64,000 nucleotides of DNA, from contig OX597814.1 of assembly GCA_951406725.2 (NCBI GenBank), forward strand, positions 30,380,001 to 30,444,000, given 5' to 3'. The DNA is from Octopus vulgaris. Its lineage: Eukaryota. Below, one piece after another: positions 12,231 through 25,012 of the stretch; position 1 is the stretch's first letter, and the number at the start of each line of letters is the position of its first letter. The notes beneath the pieces were generated by a model. The model ran no database searches and was not told the DNA's origin. It saw only the letters and a program-made list of their open reading frames with translations. Position numbers and translations under genes: made by a program.

Positions 12231-12579
12231 GGTGTGAGAGGAAATATATATATATATTAAGGTTTGCCTGATAGGGAGTGAGTCTACATAACAGGTTTCT
12301 ATATCAGGAACATAGCCCGATTAAGGTGGTTAGGTATCTACGTTACCTTTCTTACTAACGCGGTCTTTCTGATAACGAGCTATGTTTCTTGGGGCCAGTT
12401 TCTCGAAAAGGGTTGTCCATACCTTCATTAAAGCATCGGACAAAATGTCTCTGGTATTTAATTACAACCCCGTATTTTCTAAGTTCGAATCTCTGTTTTG
12501 ACTGCGCATGCTTATGCACATATATAATCGCGGAAACGTGTTATTTAATAGCTGCAAACTTTAAATGCTACAGAAGTTT

Positions 12580-12672
12580 ATTTATAATCTGTCGTCTGCT
12601 TTTTTTTATAATCAACCAAGTTTGTCGTCTGCTTTTTTTTATAATCAACCAAGTGTGACGTCTGCTTTTTTA
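12580..12672. repeat. ~32-bp tandem repeat, about 3 units
   Basis: TTTTTTATAATCAACCAAGTTTGTCGTCTGC repeated. Confidence 0.8.
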
Positions 12673-12972
12673 TGGTAACAGAAAAGTGTGTCGTTATCCA
12701 TGAAAATTTGGAAAGCACTGGTGCATTTCGTAGGAGATGAAATTTGGTTTACGAGTAATCATTTTATCGTGTTACTTGTTTAAGTGAAAACACTTCGGCC
12801 AGACTGGTGCACCCCCTTGAAGAATTTACTCGAACAAATGCACCTCTGTACTTATTTTTAAGTCTGGTACTTATTCCATCAGTCTCTTTTGCCGATCCAT
12901 TAAGTTACAGGGGTGTAAATAAACCAATAAACCAAATTGTCAAGAGGTGGTGGAAACAAACACAAACACAAA

Positions 12973-13017
<45 letters not shown>

Positions 13018-13019
13018 AC

Positions 13020-13445
13020 AGTGGGGCTCAACCACTTGCTTCCGGTTCAGTTCCAACACTGCATGACACCATTGGCAAGTCACTTATATTATAGACCCGG
13101 ATCAGTCGAAAGGCTTTGAATGGATTTGGTAGACGGTAATAGAAGCCCCTCACACATATATGCTTGTGTGCATGTGTGTGTATGTGAGTGCGTGCGCGCG
13201 TGTATGCGTATATTTGTGCGTGTGTGTGTGTGTTTGTATTTGCCTCTCAGCCGCAGCTTGAAACAGATATCGACTTGTTTACTTTCCCATAACCTAGAGG
13301 TTCGCAAAAGAAGCCAATTGAATAGATACCAGGCTTAAAAGAAAATAAATCCTGGTGTTATTTTGTTCAACTAAAACCCTTCAAGACGGTGCCCCAGCAT
13401 GGCCGCGACCCAATAATTGAGACAAATAAAAGAAAGATAAAAGGT
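13020..13445 (+). mobile_element. SINE family A, diverged
   Basis: Recognisable GGTTCAGTTCC, TTGGCAAGT, GGATTTGGTAGACGG and CAGCATGGCCGC modules. Confidence 0.7.
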
Positions 13446-13486
13446 ATGTGTATATGAATGTGTGTGTGTTTGTGTGTGTGTGTGTA

Positions 13487-13560
<74 letters not shown>

Positions 13561-13837
13561 ATGATTGAAACAAGTAAAAGAATATAAGAATAAAATATGT
13601 ATGTGTGTGTGCGTGTGTGTATGTATATATGTGTGTGTGTGTATGTGTGTGCGTGTGTGTATGTATATATGTGTGTGTGTGTATGTGTGTGTGTGTATAT
13701 ATATATATACACACACACATACATACACACACGCACTCACATACACACATATATACATACACACACGCACACACATACACACACACACATACACACACAC
13801 ACATATACATACACACACGCACACACACACATACATA

Positions 13838-14032
13838 TTTTATTCTTTTATTCTTTTACTTGTTTCAATCATTTGACCGCGGCCATGCTGGAACACCGCC
13901 TTTAGTCGAGCAAATAGAACCCAGGACTTATTCTTTGTTACCCTAGTACTTATTCTACCGCTTCCCTTGTGCCGAACAGCTAAGTTACGGTGACGTAAGC
14001 GCACCAGCATCGGGTGTCAAGCGATGGTGGGA

Positions 14033-14097
<65 letters not shown>

Positions 14098-14236
14098 CAC
14101 ATACATACGACGGGCTTCTTTCAGTTTCTGTCTACCAAATCCACTCACAAGGCTTTGGTCGGCCCGAGTCTATAGTAGAAGACACTTGTCCAAGGTGCCA
14201 AAGCAAGCTACTTACCACACAGCCACTCCTGCGCCT
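13838..14236 (-). mobile_element. SINE family A
   Basis: Reverse-complement copy with B-box region deleted. Confidence 0.88.
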
Positions 14237-14285
14237 ATATATATATATGTATGTATGTGTGTGTGTATGTGTGTGTTTGTGTGTT

Positions 14286-14318
<33 letters not shown>

Positions 14319-14637
14319 ATATATTTTCATTAATACCCCCATCTCTAACTCCCACCGCACCTCTGTAGTAGACCACATTTACCCAAAGGACCGCGCAGTG
14401 CGACTGGCCCCAGAACCACGTGCTTGCAAAGTGATCTTCTTAACCCCACACCCAAAACATTTAGTCTGCAGTTGCTATTGGCAACACTTTCAATATCATG
14501 CATTTTAGGAGAAATTAAGCAAAAATGTAAGAAATGTTGAAACTGTGACGTCAGATTGCTTCTAAGAATCAAACTAAAATAGATGTGTGACGGCGCCGGA
14601 GGTGCTGGTGTTGACAATTTTTTCTCTCTCAAACTAG

Positions 14638-14778
14638 TCAAACAACTGACAAACAAATCTGTGGCATTGAGCAGAATATTTACTATAGCCCATCTTTTAT
14701 ATCAAGGCAAAACAATGTACAGTTAAGATCAGTTAAGTTCAAAGGCCATATGAGAGCCACTGCCTGGTACTGTATTAG
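14638..14778. repeat. Fragment of the dispersed repeat at 46836-47385, opposite orientation
   Basis: AAATCTGTGGCATTGAGCAGAATATTT...GAGAGCCACTGCCTGGTACTG is the reverse complement of 46838-46980. Confidence 0.85.
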
Positions 14779-15323
14779 TACATACCCAACGACATGCCCA
14801 ACTGAAAAATTACCTTGAATTTTGTTAGTAGTGTAGTCCCCCTGGTGATGAGTCGTGTTTTATGCGACCTGCTTTTCGAGAAAGGTTGCCCACAACTGGT
14901 TTAGTGTGACAGGAAACTTAAAATCCAAGTAATAGATATCAGACGAAGGGTCATATGCGGTTAAATCAACTCGAAGCTTCTTAGGCAAGGTACGGTCCAA
15001 TGTTTTATGTCTGCCAAGTGACGAAGCATTACTTTAGCCCAAGTTACCAATATTGAGTGACTGAGTGACATAGGCCGATAGTTTTGACTGGTGTCATTGA
15101 GAAAGAGAAATAGAGAGAACGAGAGAGGGAGAGAGAAGGAAAGAGAGAGGGTGAAGGAAAATGAAGGTGATCAAGGGATTCAGCGTTAAATGTTTTTCCC
15201 TCTTTTAAGATGATAGAGTGGATGCAATAGGTCGGTAGTTGCTTTGGAATTAGGACGAACTATCGTGTTTCCAATAAATGGAATAGAGTGAGAGAGAGGG
15301 AGAGAGAGAGAGATAGAGGGAGG

Positions 15324-15375
<52 letters not shown>

Positions 15376-15419
15376 GAGAGAGAGAGAAAGAGAAATACTG
15401 AAAAATGCTGACAATAATA

Positions 15420-16380
15420 GCTAACCCTGCGTCGCACTGTTTGAAGATGAACGAGATATTGTCAGGACCGGTTGCTTAGAGAGGTTTTTAGAATCAGCAA
15501 ATGTATTCGCAGCGGTGAGACTGGCGCGCTGAGAAGAAAATTTGGGTGAATTTTTACTTAGCACACACAAAATGTAGAGTTGGAAGATGACTGTGCAATA
15601 CAGAAAAGCATCCTTAGCTTCCTTTATGGTTGTCTAACCATTGCAGAAGCAAGTAAAAACCTACCTGACTTTATTCAGGTGGTATAAGTAGCGTTCTTCT
15701 CTTGTATTGCTTTGAGAATTGTGGGTCATTTGTTGGTTGAATGAAGGATATGAAAGGTCATAAGGAATGGTTTCAGTTTTATGTCTCGTACGGGTTAAGA
15801 GTGAAGTATCTTTCCTTCCAAAGGTAATCAACAGAAATCTGATCAGTGAGATAACTTGAAGTCCTTGGGAAGAGAATTGATTATATAGTAAGATGTGAAG
15901 AGTGTGTTACCTCTATTACACAGTGGTCAGATAATTTATGGGCGCAGTGCCCTTGATGGCTGGATAATGGTTGGGTTTAGACGTCTGAAAGAAGTCAAGA
16001 CTGCTTTTTGAGTTTTGTATAGGTTTGTGACAGAAACTAACTGGCGCAAACAGTTGTGAATGACTTCAATTTTTGTATCAGCAAAGTCATTTCAAGAAGA
16101 TGACGTGTGCTAGGAGAAGTTTTGTATACTGAACTCATCAATGATGATGAGTTCAGAAAGTAGCAAGGTAAGAATGAGACATGTCCTCAATGTAGGACGA
16201 TGGGGTCAACCAACTGTTAGTTGTTCAACGAGTTGTAAAGACATACGAATTGAGAAGACTGAAGAGAGATTTTAAGTCGCAGCTCTATGAAAGACATGAG
16301 TGTTGAGATAAGCGGGGTTTAATATACGTGCAGGCACAAGCCATTCAAAGTAACGTCGTAATGCTGAGTCATCTGAGCTA
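15420..16380 (-). pseudogene. Degenerate CR1/L2/Jockey-group LINE ORF2 fragment
   Basis: Minus translation ATGPDNISFIFKQCDAGLA matches the KAxGPDxI....LKxCAxEL motif preceding RT; rest highly decayed and extent approximate. Confidence 0.6.
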
Positions 16381-16388
16381 ATTTGGAT

Positions 16389-16608
16389 ACTCTCTTACTC
16401 TTTTACTTGTTGCAGTCATTTGACTGTGGCCATGCTGGAGCACCGCCTTTAGTCGAGCAAATCGAACCCAGGTCTTATTCTTTATAAGCCTAGTACTTAT
16501 TCTATCGGTCTCTTTTACCGAACCGCTAAGTTACGGAGACGTAAACACACCAGCATCGGTTGTCAAGCGATGTTGGGGAGACAAACACAGACACACAAAC
16601 ATATACAC

Positions 16609-16671
<63 letters not shown>

Positions 16672-16826
16672 TTCGACGGGCTTCTTTCAGTTTCCGTCCA
16701 CCTAATCCACTTACAAGGCTTTGGTCGGCCCGAAGCTATAGTAGAAGACACTTGCCCAAGGTGCCACGCAGTGGGACTGAACCCGGAACCATGTGGTTGG
16801 TAAGCAAGCTACTTACCTCACAGCCG
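16389..16826 (-). mobile_element. SINE family A
   Basis: Near full-length reverse-complement copy. Confidence 0.9.
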
Positions 16827-17202
16827 CAGTAGAATTTTTTTTCGTTCTTTACAGCCACAATTCGAATCCCACGCAGACCGAATTTGACGTTCATCTTTTG
16901 ATGTTATAATGTACTAATTCAGTAAGAGAGTCTTTTCAATAGCCATATAAAGCATTCAGAAATTAAAACAGAGGACTGAGAATACAAACGTTTCGAGTAA
17001 ATTAGTTTTTTTTAGAAATGTATATAATGTGTATGGGAAGTGTAAATAAGAAGCCTGTATTTTGGAAAGGATTGAACAGTTTGGTACATAGTTGGGTGGA
17101 GTTCTCAGATTATGTTTAAGTAAACAGGTGTTTGTATATAGAAGAAAAGGTTGGTCGGCACATTTATTGTTTCCCCACCCAACACACACACACACACACA
17201 CG

Positions 17203-17251
<49 letters not shown>

Positions 17252-17724
17252 ACACACAAATGCATTCAAACACATTCATACACACAGACACGTTCAAACA
17301 GGTGTACGCGTACACACGCATAAATATAGGCGTATGTATGTTTGTGTTTATATATGTATGTGTGTGTGTGTGTGTGTACATACATACACATTAAGGTGTT
17401 GTTACTTTACTGATAAAAAAAACGATAGTAATAACAGTATTATGGGAAACATTTTAGATGTTTATTCCGCGAGAAGTTTCAGTACCTGTAACACCTTGAT
17501 AATTGTTTCAATCAGTGCAAACTTTTTAGTTGGGGAGGGCGGATCAAAATCCACCCTGTTAGTCTGAGAATTTAGATCACGGTTAATTTTTACCTTAAGA
17601 GAACTTGCGTGCCTGAACACGGTCGCTCGACCTGAAAGAAATAATAGCAATATTTCTCTCAATTCTTACTTCATTTATATACAAAAGAGAAGGACACGGA
17701 TATATTATATCTGTCTAAGATATA

Positions 17725-17958
17725 AAAAGGCGGCGAGCTGGCAGAAACGTTAGCACGCCGGGCGAAATGCGTGGCCGTATTTCGTCTGCCGTTACGTTCT
17801 GAGTTCAAATTCCGCCGAGGTCGACTTAGCCTTTCATCCTTTCGGGGTCGATAAATTAAGTACCAGTTGCGCACTGGGGTCGATGTAATCGACTTAATCC
17901 CTTTGTCTGTCCTTGTTTGTCCTCTCTGTGTTTAGCCCCTTGTGGGTAGTAAAGAAAT
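17725..17958 (+). mobile_element. SINE family B
   Basis: Full unit; TSD TATATCTGTCTAAGA at 17706-17720 and 17960-17974. Confidence 0.92.
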
Positions 17959-18074
17959 ATATATCTGTCTAAGAAGTCATATTGATCGAGGCTGAAACGC
18001 TTTTATCATAAGTCTGCCCAAACAGAAGTAGCCTGGGGTTAAGCATCAGCAATAACAGCAACAAGATTATTTGA

Positions 18075-18300
18075 ATGGTGTTGGTCGGAGATTTTCTCGT
18101 ATTGTCAAACAATAGAGATTTAGATGTAACTGCCGACAACGACCTCAGCCTGACTGTACACATCCGCAATAATGTTGATATATCTTGCACAAAGTATGCA
18201 CTTGGATTCTTAGAATTTTTCAATTAAGAGATCCTAATGTCATTGTCTTCCTCTTTTCCACGTTCGTTCGGTTTCAGCTTTAACAATGTTGCCAACTGTG
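18075..18300 (+). pseudogene. CR1/L2-type LINE RT C-terminal fragment
   Basis: Translation RDLDVTADNDLSLTVHIRNNV resembles KDLGV..D..LSF..HI..IV. Confidence 0.55.
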
Positions 18301-18357
18301 ACTTCCCGATACAAAACAAAATATTATAAGAATTAAAACGCACCAGAGGTTAATTGA

Positions 18358-18363
18358 ATAATC

Positions 18364-18417
<54 letters not shown>

Positions 18418-18432
18418 ATAATAATAATGATG

Positions 18433-18496
<64 letters not shown>

Positions 18497-18534
18497 GATA
18501 ATAATAATGATGATGATAATAATAATGATGATAC

Positions 18535-18600
<66 letters not shown>
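18358..18600. repeat. (GAT)n/(TAA)n microsatellite
   Basis: Directly visible; 5' flank of the Dong-like LINE. Confidence 0.95.
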
Positions 18601-18602
<2 letters not shown>

Positions 18603-20560
18603 GAGATGCAATATAGTTACAGAAAGTGAGGAAAGAAATAGCGAGAGAGCAGCAGCCAGATCTAAGATTAGCTAATACATTAATGAGTAAAGTGTTAGGA
18701 AAAATGCCGCATTGGAAGGGCCCAGGACCAGATTTAGTTCAAGGGTACTGGTTAAAGAAATTTAGTAGTATACATGGGAGGCTGGGAGAACAACTTCACG
18801 AATGCCTTAATGGAGGAATAATACCAGATTGGATGATTAGAGGGAGGACAATATTTATCAGGTAAGATAAGAGCAAGGGTAATACAGCTAGCAACTATAG
18901 ATCAATCACTTGCTTGCCATTAGTGTGGGTCTGTTAATGGAAATGCTTTCAGAAAGCATTTTTGAGCGCCTTAACAACCAGAATTTACTGCAAGAAAAAC
19001 AGAAGAGTTGTAGAAAGAAGGCAAGAGGAACGCATGATCTATTACACATACACAAAGTAGTTCTAAATGAAGTAAAAGCTTAAAAGAAAAAACCTAACAA
19101 TAGCATGGATAGATTATAGGAAAGCCTATGACATGATCCTACACTCATGGATAAGTGAATGTTTGAGTATATTCAGAATAGCAGATAACATAAGATTTTT
19201 AATTAGCTTTAGCATAAAGAAATGGAAAGTAGATATCAGGTGACACACTCTTAGGGAAAGTTAATATCGAAAGAGGAAGGGATCTATACCATCTTAATCT
19301 CAGATTTTTTAATTATCTTTTTTTTAACTAAACAGTTTGAAACTTCGAATACTGGTAGAATTTCTCACGTAGAACGCTTTTTACTCTGAACGTTTTTGAC
19401 CAAATTTCATATTTTAGAAGTTATTTCGTGTTAAAGTTGTTGTATTTGCGTAATTTCAACCAATCAACGACGTATATCCGGTTGAAAAACTCTACTGCTA
19501 TTTGCGATAGTAATCGAAGAGGAACAACTTCCGGGTCATCTCTACTAAATATCACCACTGTTCTATTCGTATGGCGAGCGAAGACGATGCCACCTTTATC
19601 CTTTCTTCCTTTCTAGTCAACACCATGTATTCCTTACTCTTTCTCTCCCTTCTACACTGTCAACTAGCAATCAGCTACGTCGCTGGTTGGTTGAAATTAC
19701 CCAAATACATGGTTGCAGAAAAAAAGCTGAAAAGGGAGACAAAAAGTTTGTTAGTAGCTGCACAAGATCAAGCATTAAGGACTAATTGGATAAAAACCAA
19801 GATAGACAAAAACCAAGTAGACTCCCAATGCTGGTTATGCAAATGAAAATAGAAATGTGTTACTCATATAGTAAATGGATGTAGCATGCTGCCACAGAAA
19901 GAATACAATGAAAGACAACAATCTAGGGAGAGTAATCCACTGGGAGATATGCAAACGGCTAGGGTTTGAACATACTAATAAATGGTATGAACATGAACCT
20001 AGTAAAGTACTAGAAAGTTAGAAATACAACATATTCTGAGACCTTAGCGTTCAAACTGATAGAGAAATAGAAGCTAGAAGGCCTGATTTAGTAGTAGTAG
20101 ATAAAGAGAATAGAAATTGCCAGATAATTGACTTTGCAGTCCCAAATGATCAAAATATCAATATGTGCCAAAATTTGAAATCATCATCATCATCATCATC
20201 ATTACCATCCTCATCAGAGCTGGCAGAATTGTTAGCACGCTGGGATAAATGTGAAGTGTAGAATGATAGCAAAGCGCCTGGACCTAGCCATTGAATTTCA
20301 GAAACTATGGAAAGTGCAGGTAAAATGCATCCCAGTAGTTATAGGTGTATTGGGAACTATCCCTAAAGATCTGAACAGATGGATAGAGAAAATCGGCATA
20401 AAACCCAGTTTAGTACAGCTCCAGAAAACAGTGTTATTAAGGACAGCTTGGATACTTAGGAAGGTCCTTGGCATCTAAGGTTACTTGTTGTAGCCCGATG
20501 TTAGGATTTTTTTCTTTTCCAACAATCTAATCTGTTGTGTGTATATGAAAATAATAATAA
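18601..20560 (+). mobile_element. 5'-truncated, decayed Dong/R4-type non-LTR retrotransposon (RT, CCHC, restriction-like endonuclease)
   Basis: KMPHWKGPGPDLVQGYWLKKF; AWIDYRKAYDMI; LLVAAQDQALRTN..CWLC..THIVNGC; RPDLVVVDKENRNCQIIDFAVP; IPVVIGVLG..LQKTVLLRTAWILRKVL*; ends in AATAATAAT; sits in (TAA)n. Confidence 0.9.
19280..19705. mobile_element. Truncated palindromic MITE inside the LINE, related to 56939-57810
   Basis: Starts GGATC; shares AACTAAACA..AAACTTCG.ATACTGGTAGAAT and AACCAATCAA..ACGT; internal inverted repeat 19445-19474 / 19676-19705. Confidence 0.65.
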
Positions 20561-20564
20561 CAAT

Positions 20565-21195
20565 AATGGCTTCAAATTTTTCCACAAGGGCAGCAGCATT
20601 TTGGGGAAGGGGATGAGTCGATTACATTGACCCAAGTGTTCAACTGGTACTTATTTCATCGATCTCGAAAGGATGGAAGGTAAAGTCGACCACGGCAGAA
20701 TTTAAACTCAGAACGTGCAGACAGAGGAAATACCACTAAGCAGTTATCCCAGCGTGCTAACGATTCTGCCAGCTCTGATGAGGATGGTAATGATGATGAT
20801 GATGATGATTTCAAATTTTGACACAAGGCCAGCAAATTCAGGGAAGGTACACTCAACTGGTACTTATTTTACTGACCCCAGAAGGATAAAAAGCTAAGTC
20901 GGCCTCGGCAGAATTTGAACTCAGAACATAAAGACTGACGAAGTGTCACTAAACATTTTGTCCGGTGCACTAACGATTCTACCAGCTAGCTGACCTTAGT
21001 TTCAAATCTTGGTAAAAGACCAGAAATTCTTAGGGTAAGGGTTTAGACGATTATGTCGGCCCCAGTACTCAACTGGTACTTATTTCATCGACCCTAAAAT
21101 GATGAAATGTAAATTCAACTTTGGCAGGATTTGAACTCAGCATATATAGAACCGGAAAAAATGCTGCTAAGCATTTTGTCCAGTATGCTACCAAT
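20565..21195 (-). mobile_element. Tandem cluster of old family B-related SINE units
   Basis: Three repeats of CAACTGGTACTTATTT..GAAGGAT.AAAG..AAGTCG.CC.CGGCAGAATTT.AACTCAG. Confidence 0.75.
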
Positions 21196-21285
21196 TGTTG
21201 GGATCGCAGCTCTATTCTCTCCAACGCCACTGTGATGATGTGAAAATATTCCACCAGCACTGTCCAAACGATGTCAATATTATAA

Positions 21286-21454
21286 CTCTTTTACTCATCG
21301 ACTTTCAGGACTTATCTTTTGTAAGCCTAAATTCTATCGGTCTCTTTTGTCGAACCGCTAAGTTACGGAGACGTAAACACACCAGCATCGGCTGTCAAGC
21401 GATGTTGGGGGGACAAACACAGACACACAAACATAAACACACGCACGCGCGCAT

Positions 21455-21496
<42 letters not shown>

Positions 21497-21675
21497 GTAT
21501 ATGTGTGTGTGTATATATATACGACGGGCTTCTTTCAGTTTCCGTCTACCAAATCCACTCACAAGGCTTTGGTCGGTCCGAGGCTTTAGTAGAAGACACT
21601 TGCCCAAGGTGCCACGCAATGGGACTGAACCCGGAACGATGTGATTGGTAAGCAAGCTACATACCACACAGCCAC
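21286..21675 (-). mobile_element. SINE family A
   Basis: Reverse-complement copy. Confidence 0.88.
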
Positions 21676-22072
21676 TATTACCCAAATTACCCAAAGCTAG
21701 TTCCGCGTGTTATTCGTCCCCTACAAAATTCGAGCTCAGATTACATAACAGCATTACAACACAATTTCTTTGACTAATTTTTAATCAATTTCTCCTGCTT
21801 TACTCAACATTAGTCAAAAAAAAAAAAAAAAAATAGAATGCGATACCACACAGTTTTGACGAGACCTAATCAAATTCCAGCAAGAAATGCGAGACAAGCC
21901 ACAGGCATCAAGTTAAGTGTGTACGTGTGCGTATGTATACATATATGTATACACACGCACGCATATGTTTGGGATAGTCAGACAGACAGATAAACTGAAA
22001 TTATGGAGGTGAGAAATAGTGGAGCATCACATGACTCTCAACAATAACTCCCAACACGAATAGGATATGATA

Positions 22073-22388
22073 TTGGGTTGTCCGGAAAGTTCGTGCCGAT
22101 TTATAGTAGCTTAACTTTCGACTTATTTTAGAACATGGTTGAGTCCATAAAATAGGATTTGACTACATCTCCATTTAGAGCACAGTTTAAGCTATCTTTT
22201 CGTGGAGGAAGGTTTATGTTCCTATGATCTGTGTTAATTCTGTAACCCTTTAAAATGGAAGATAAGAAAGTTCATTTTCGGCACTTGATGCTTTGGCAAC
22301 CAGACAAAAATTGCTGAAGCTCGGCTGGGATGTGTTACCCTACCCTCCATATTCACCAGATATTGCTCCTTCGGATTTCCACTTATTT
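22073..22388 (+). mobile_element. Mariner deletion derivative, family 1, left part
   Basis: TA + TIR TTGGGTTGTCCGGAAAGTTCGTGCCGATTT; MEDKKVHFRHLML fused to RQKLLKLGWDVLPYPPYSPDIAPSDFHLF. Confidence 0.9.
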
Positions 22389-22872
22389 AATAATAACCGG
22401 AAGTTATGAAAGTTATCAGCATTTTCTGGGTAAACAGTCGATCAATGATACTTAGTGATTGTTGTCGAGACAGTTGTTATTTAATCCATAGTCGGTTTTT
22501 TGTTTGGGCACATTTATTATCAAAGGTGTTCCAGTTATGACAATCCTATCAATGACTCCATTTTTGAAATAAAGTGTTCAGAGTGGGTGGCAGTTTACTT
22601 TCGTGTACTTGATTTACCTGAGATATTTTCAATAGACACACCTCTTACATATTGATTATCTTAATAAAATTCACTATAATCCCATTACATTATGCTCCCC
22701 CACAGTTTTCGTTTATCCAATTTCAACAAAGGACGAGTTATCTCGAAAATACATTTGATAACATTCATTGCGGTCAATGAGTTTGAAGTGACCTTCTTAA
22801 GCATTCGGCCCTCTAATGCTGCAGTTTAAATGCTTAATATTATGCTTATTAGAATATTCCAATAATATATTA

Positions 22873-23240
22873 ACTGCATATTAGTAATGTTGTTGTGTTC
22901 TTAATAGTGATGACTGATGACTGATGGTGGTGCTTGTGTTGGTATAAATGCAGTGGAGGATGTTGTTGATAGTATTACTGTTTGTTAGCAGTGTTGGTTG
23001 TAGTATTAGTGCAGTAGTTGCTATTGTTGGTTTTAACGATGGTGGTGTTAGCATAGTTGCTGTTGTTTGTGGTAGTGGTTGTGGTGCTAGTGGTGGCGTT
23101 GGTGGTTTTGGTGTTTAGTGCTGTCGTCACTTCGGTTGGCTTTATTCTTGGTAGTGTTGTTATTACTAATAGCGTTGGTTGAAGTGATGGTTTGTTATTT
23201 GCAGTGGTGAGGACAAGGTGATCGATGTTATTGTTGTTGG
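22873..23240 (+). repeat. GT-rich segment duplicated at 26045-26670
   Basis: Near-identical ACTGCATATTAGTAATG...GATCGATGTTATTGTTGTT at both sites. Confidence 0.9.
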
Positions 23241-23283
23241 GATTAGTATAATAATAATAATATGCTTATTAGTATATTCTTTG

Positions 23284-23577
23284 TGGAGGCGCAATGGCCC
23301 AGTGGTTAGGGCAGCGGACTCGCGGTCGTAGGATCGCGGTTTCGATTCCCAGACCGGGCATTGTGAGTGTTCATTGGGCGAAAACACCTAAAGCTCCACG
23401 AGGCTCCGGCAGGAAGTGGTGGTGAACCCTACTGTACTCTTTCACCACAACTTTCTCTCACTCTTTCTTCCTATTTCAAAGGGCCAGCCTTATCACACTC
23501 TGTGTCATGCTGAACCTCCCTGAGAACTACGTTAAGGGTACACATGTCTGTGGAGTGCTGAGCCACTTGCACGTTAA
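23284..23577 (+). mobile_element. tRNA-derived SINE, family C, 3' truncated
   Basis: TGGCCCAGTGG A box, GGTTTCGATTCC B box; matches 31778-32159. Confidence 0.88.
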
Positions 23578-24217
23578 TAAATGAGCTGCGATGTCACTGG
23601 TGCCAAGCTGTATCGGCCTTTGCCTTTCCCTTGGATAATTTCGGTCGCGTGGGGAGGGGAAGTTGGTATGCGTGGGTGACTGCTGGTCTTCCATAAACAA
23701 CCTTGCCCAGACTTGTGCCTCGGAGGGTAACTTTCTAGGTGCGATTCCATGGTCATTCATGACCGAAGGAGGTCACAGTATATTTTTTCATTAGCTTTTG
23801 TCACTGGATTGTGACAAATTAGGAACGCCGTCTTCAAAGGCTTTCAGTCAATCATGTTGATTTATCTCAAATCTATTTTATCGATCTGTATTTGTCAACC
23901 GCAAATGTACGAGACATAGATAACAATAAAGTTTTGTCAGGATAAAGACACACACCCAAGCACAATGCATTTACAAGTAATCATATATGCACATACACAT
24001 CAATTTCTCACTTGGACATTATTATCTATCTCTGTTACTTCCGTCTGCTCAGCTGTCACTTACAGCTGAAAGGACGAACATTGAGTCTGATACTTTGTTT
24101 CTTGACGACTGGCCCTTGCTCGAAACGTTAAACGAAAATTCTTTTTCCTACAACGCTTAAATAACTATTTCTCATGTATTCCTGTGTTTGGGTTTTTGAT
24201 CTCGAGATCTTTGGATA

Positions 24218-24316
<99 letters not shown>

Positions 24317-24359
24317 GTGTGTGTATGTATGTATAAATATGTGTGTGTGAGCGAGTTAG

Positions 24360-24940
24360 TGACCTTTTCTGGCGTGTGCCTATACCATCTTTTTCCTGTT
24401 GTTATTTCATAGTGTTGGCATAGCTTCCAATGTATATAGGTCTCAACTCTGTATGTCTGTGAATATATTCCTTCTTAACCAGGACTGGGCAGCCAGAGAC
24501 AATATGATTTATTGCTTCTTCTCCATCACCACATATTCTACAGTTACTTGTATTTTTTTTCATTGTGCATTTTTGGTAATTTCTGGTGGGAAGGTTTTGA
24601 TCTTGTGACGTAATTAAAAATCCTTCAGTCTCTGTTTTGAGTCCTGAGCTTGTCAGCCATTGTTGGGATTTTGCTTGCTCTATTTCTTTTCTGTTTGACT
24701 CAACCCAATATTTAGCCATGTAGGGACTTTTCTTGCCATCGTTTTATGATGATCCATTGCTGTTCCAGTTTTAGTTTGGATTTCAGTTGTTTTACATCTT
24801 TTGCTGTTTCTTCTTTTGCTTCATAGTTGTTGGGTACTATGCCTTCTTTTTTGTATTTGTCAGCTTTCAGAAAACAGATATTTTGTTTTGTCCGTGTTTT
24901 GTGGCTATTTGTATCAGTTTTCTTTGCTTCTGAAGTAGGT
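24360..24940 (-). pseudogene. Second Dong/R4-type LINE fragment next to (ATT)n
   Basis: RWQEKSLHG; SQQWLTSSGLKTETEGFLITSQDQNLPTRNY; CRICGDGEEAINHIVSGC (CCHC). Confidence 0.88.
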
Positions 24941-24944
24941 ATTA

Positions 24945-25012
<68 letters not shown>

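Noticed and set aside
24097-24133. TTGACGA..GAAACGTT hammerhead-like motif
   Set aside because: Core mutated and stem II poor; kept only as weak support, not called as a feature
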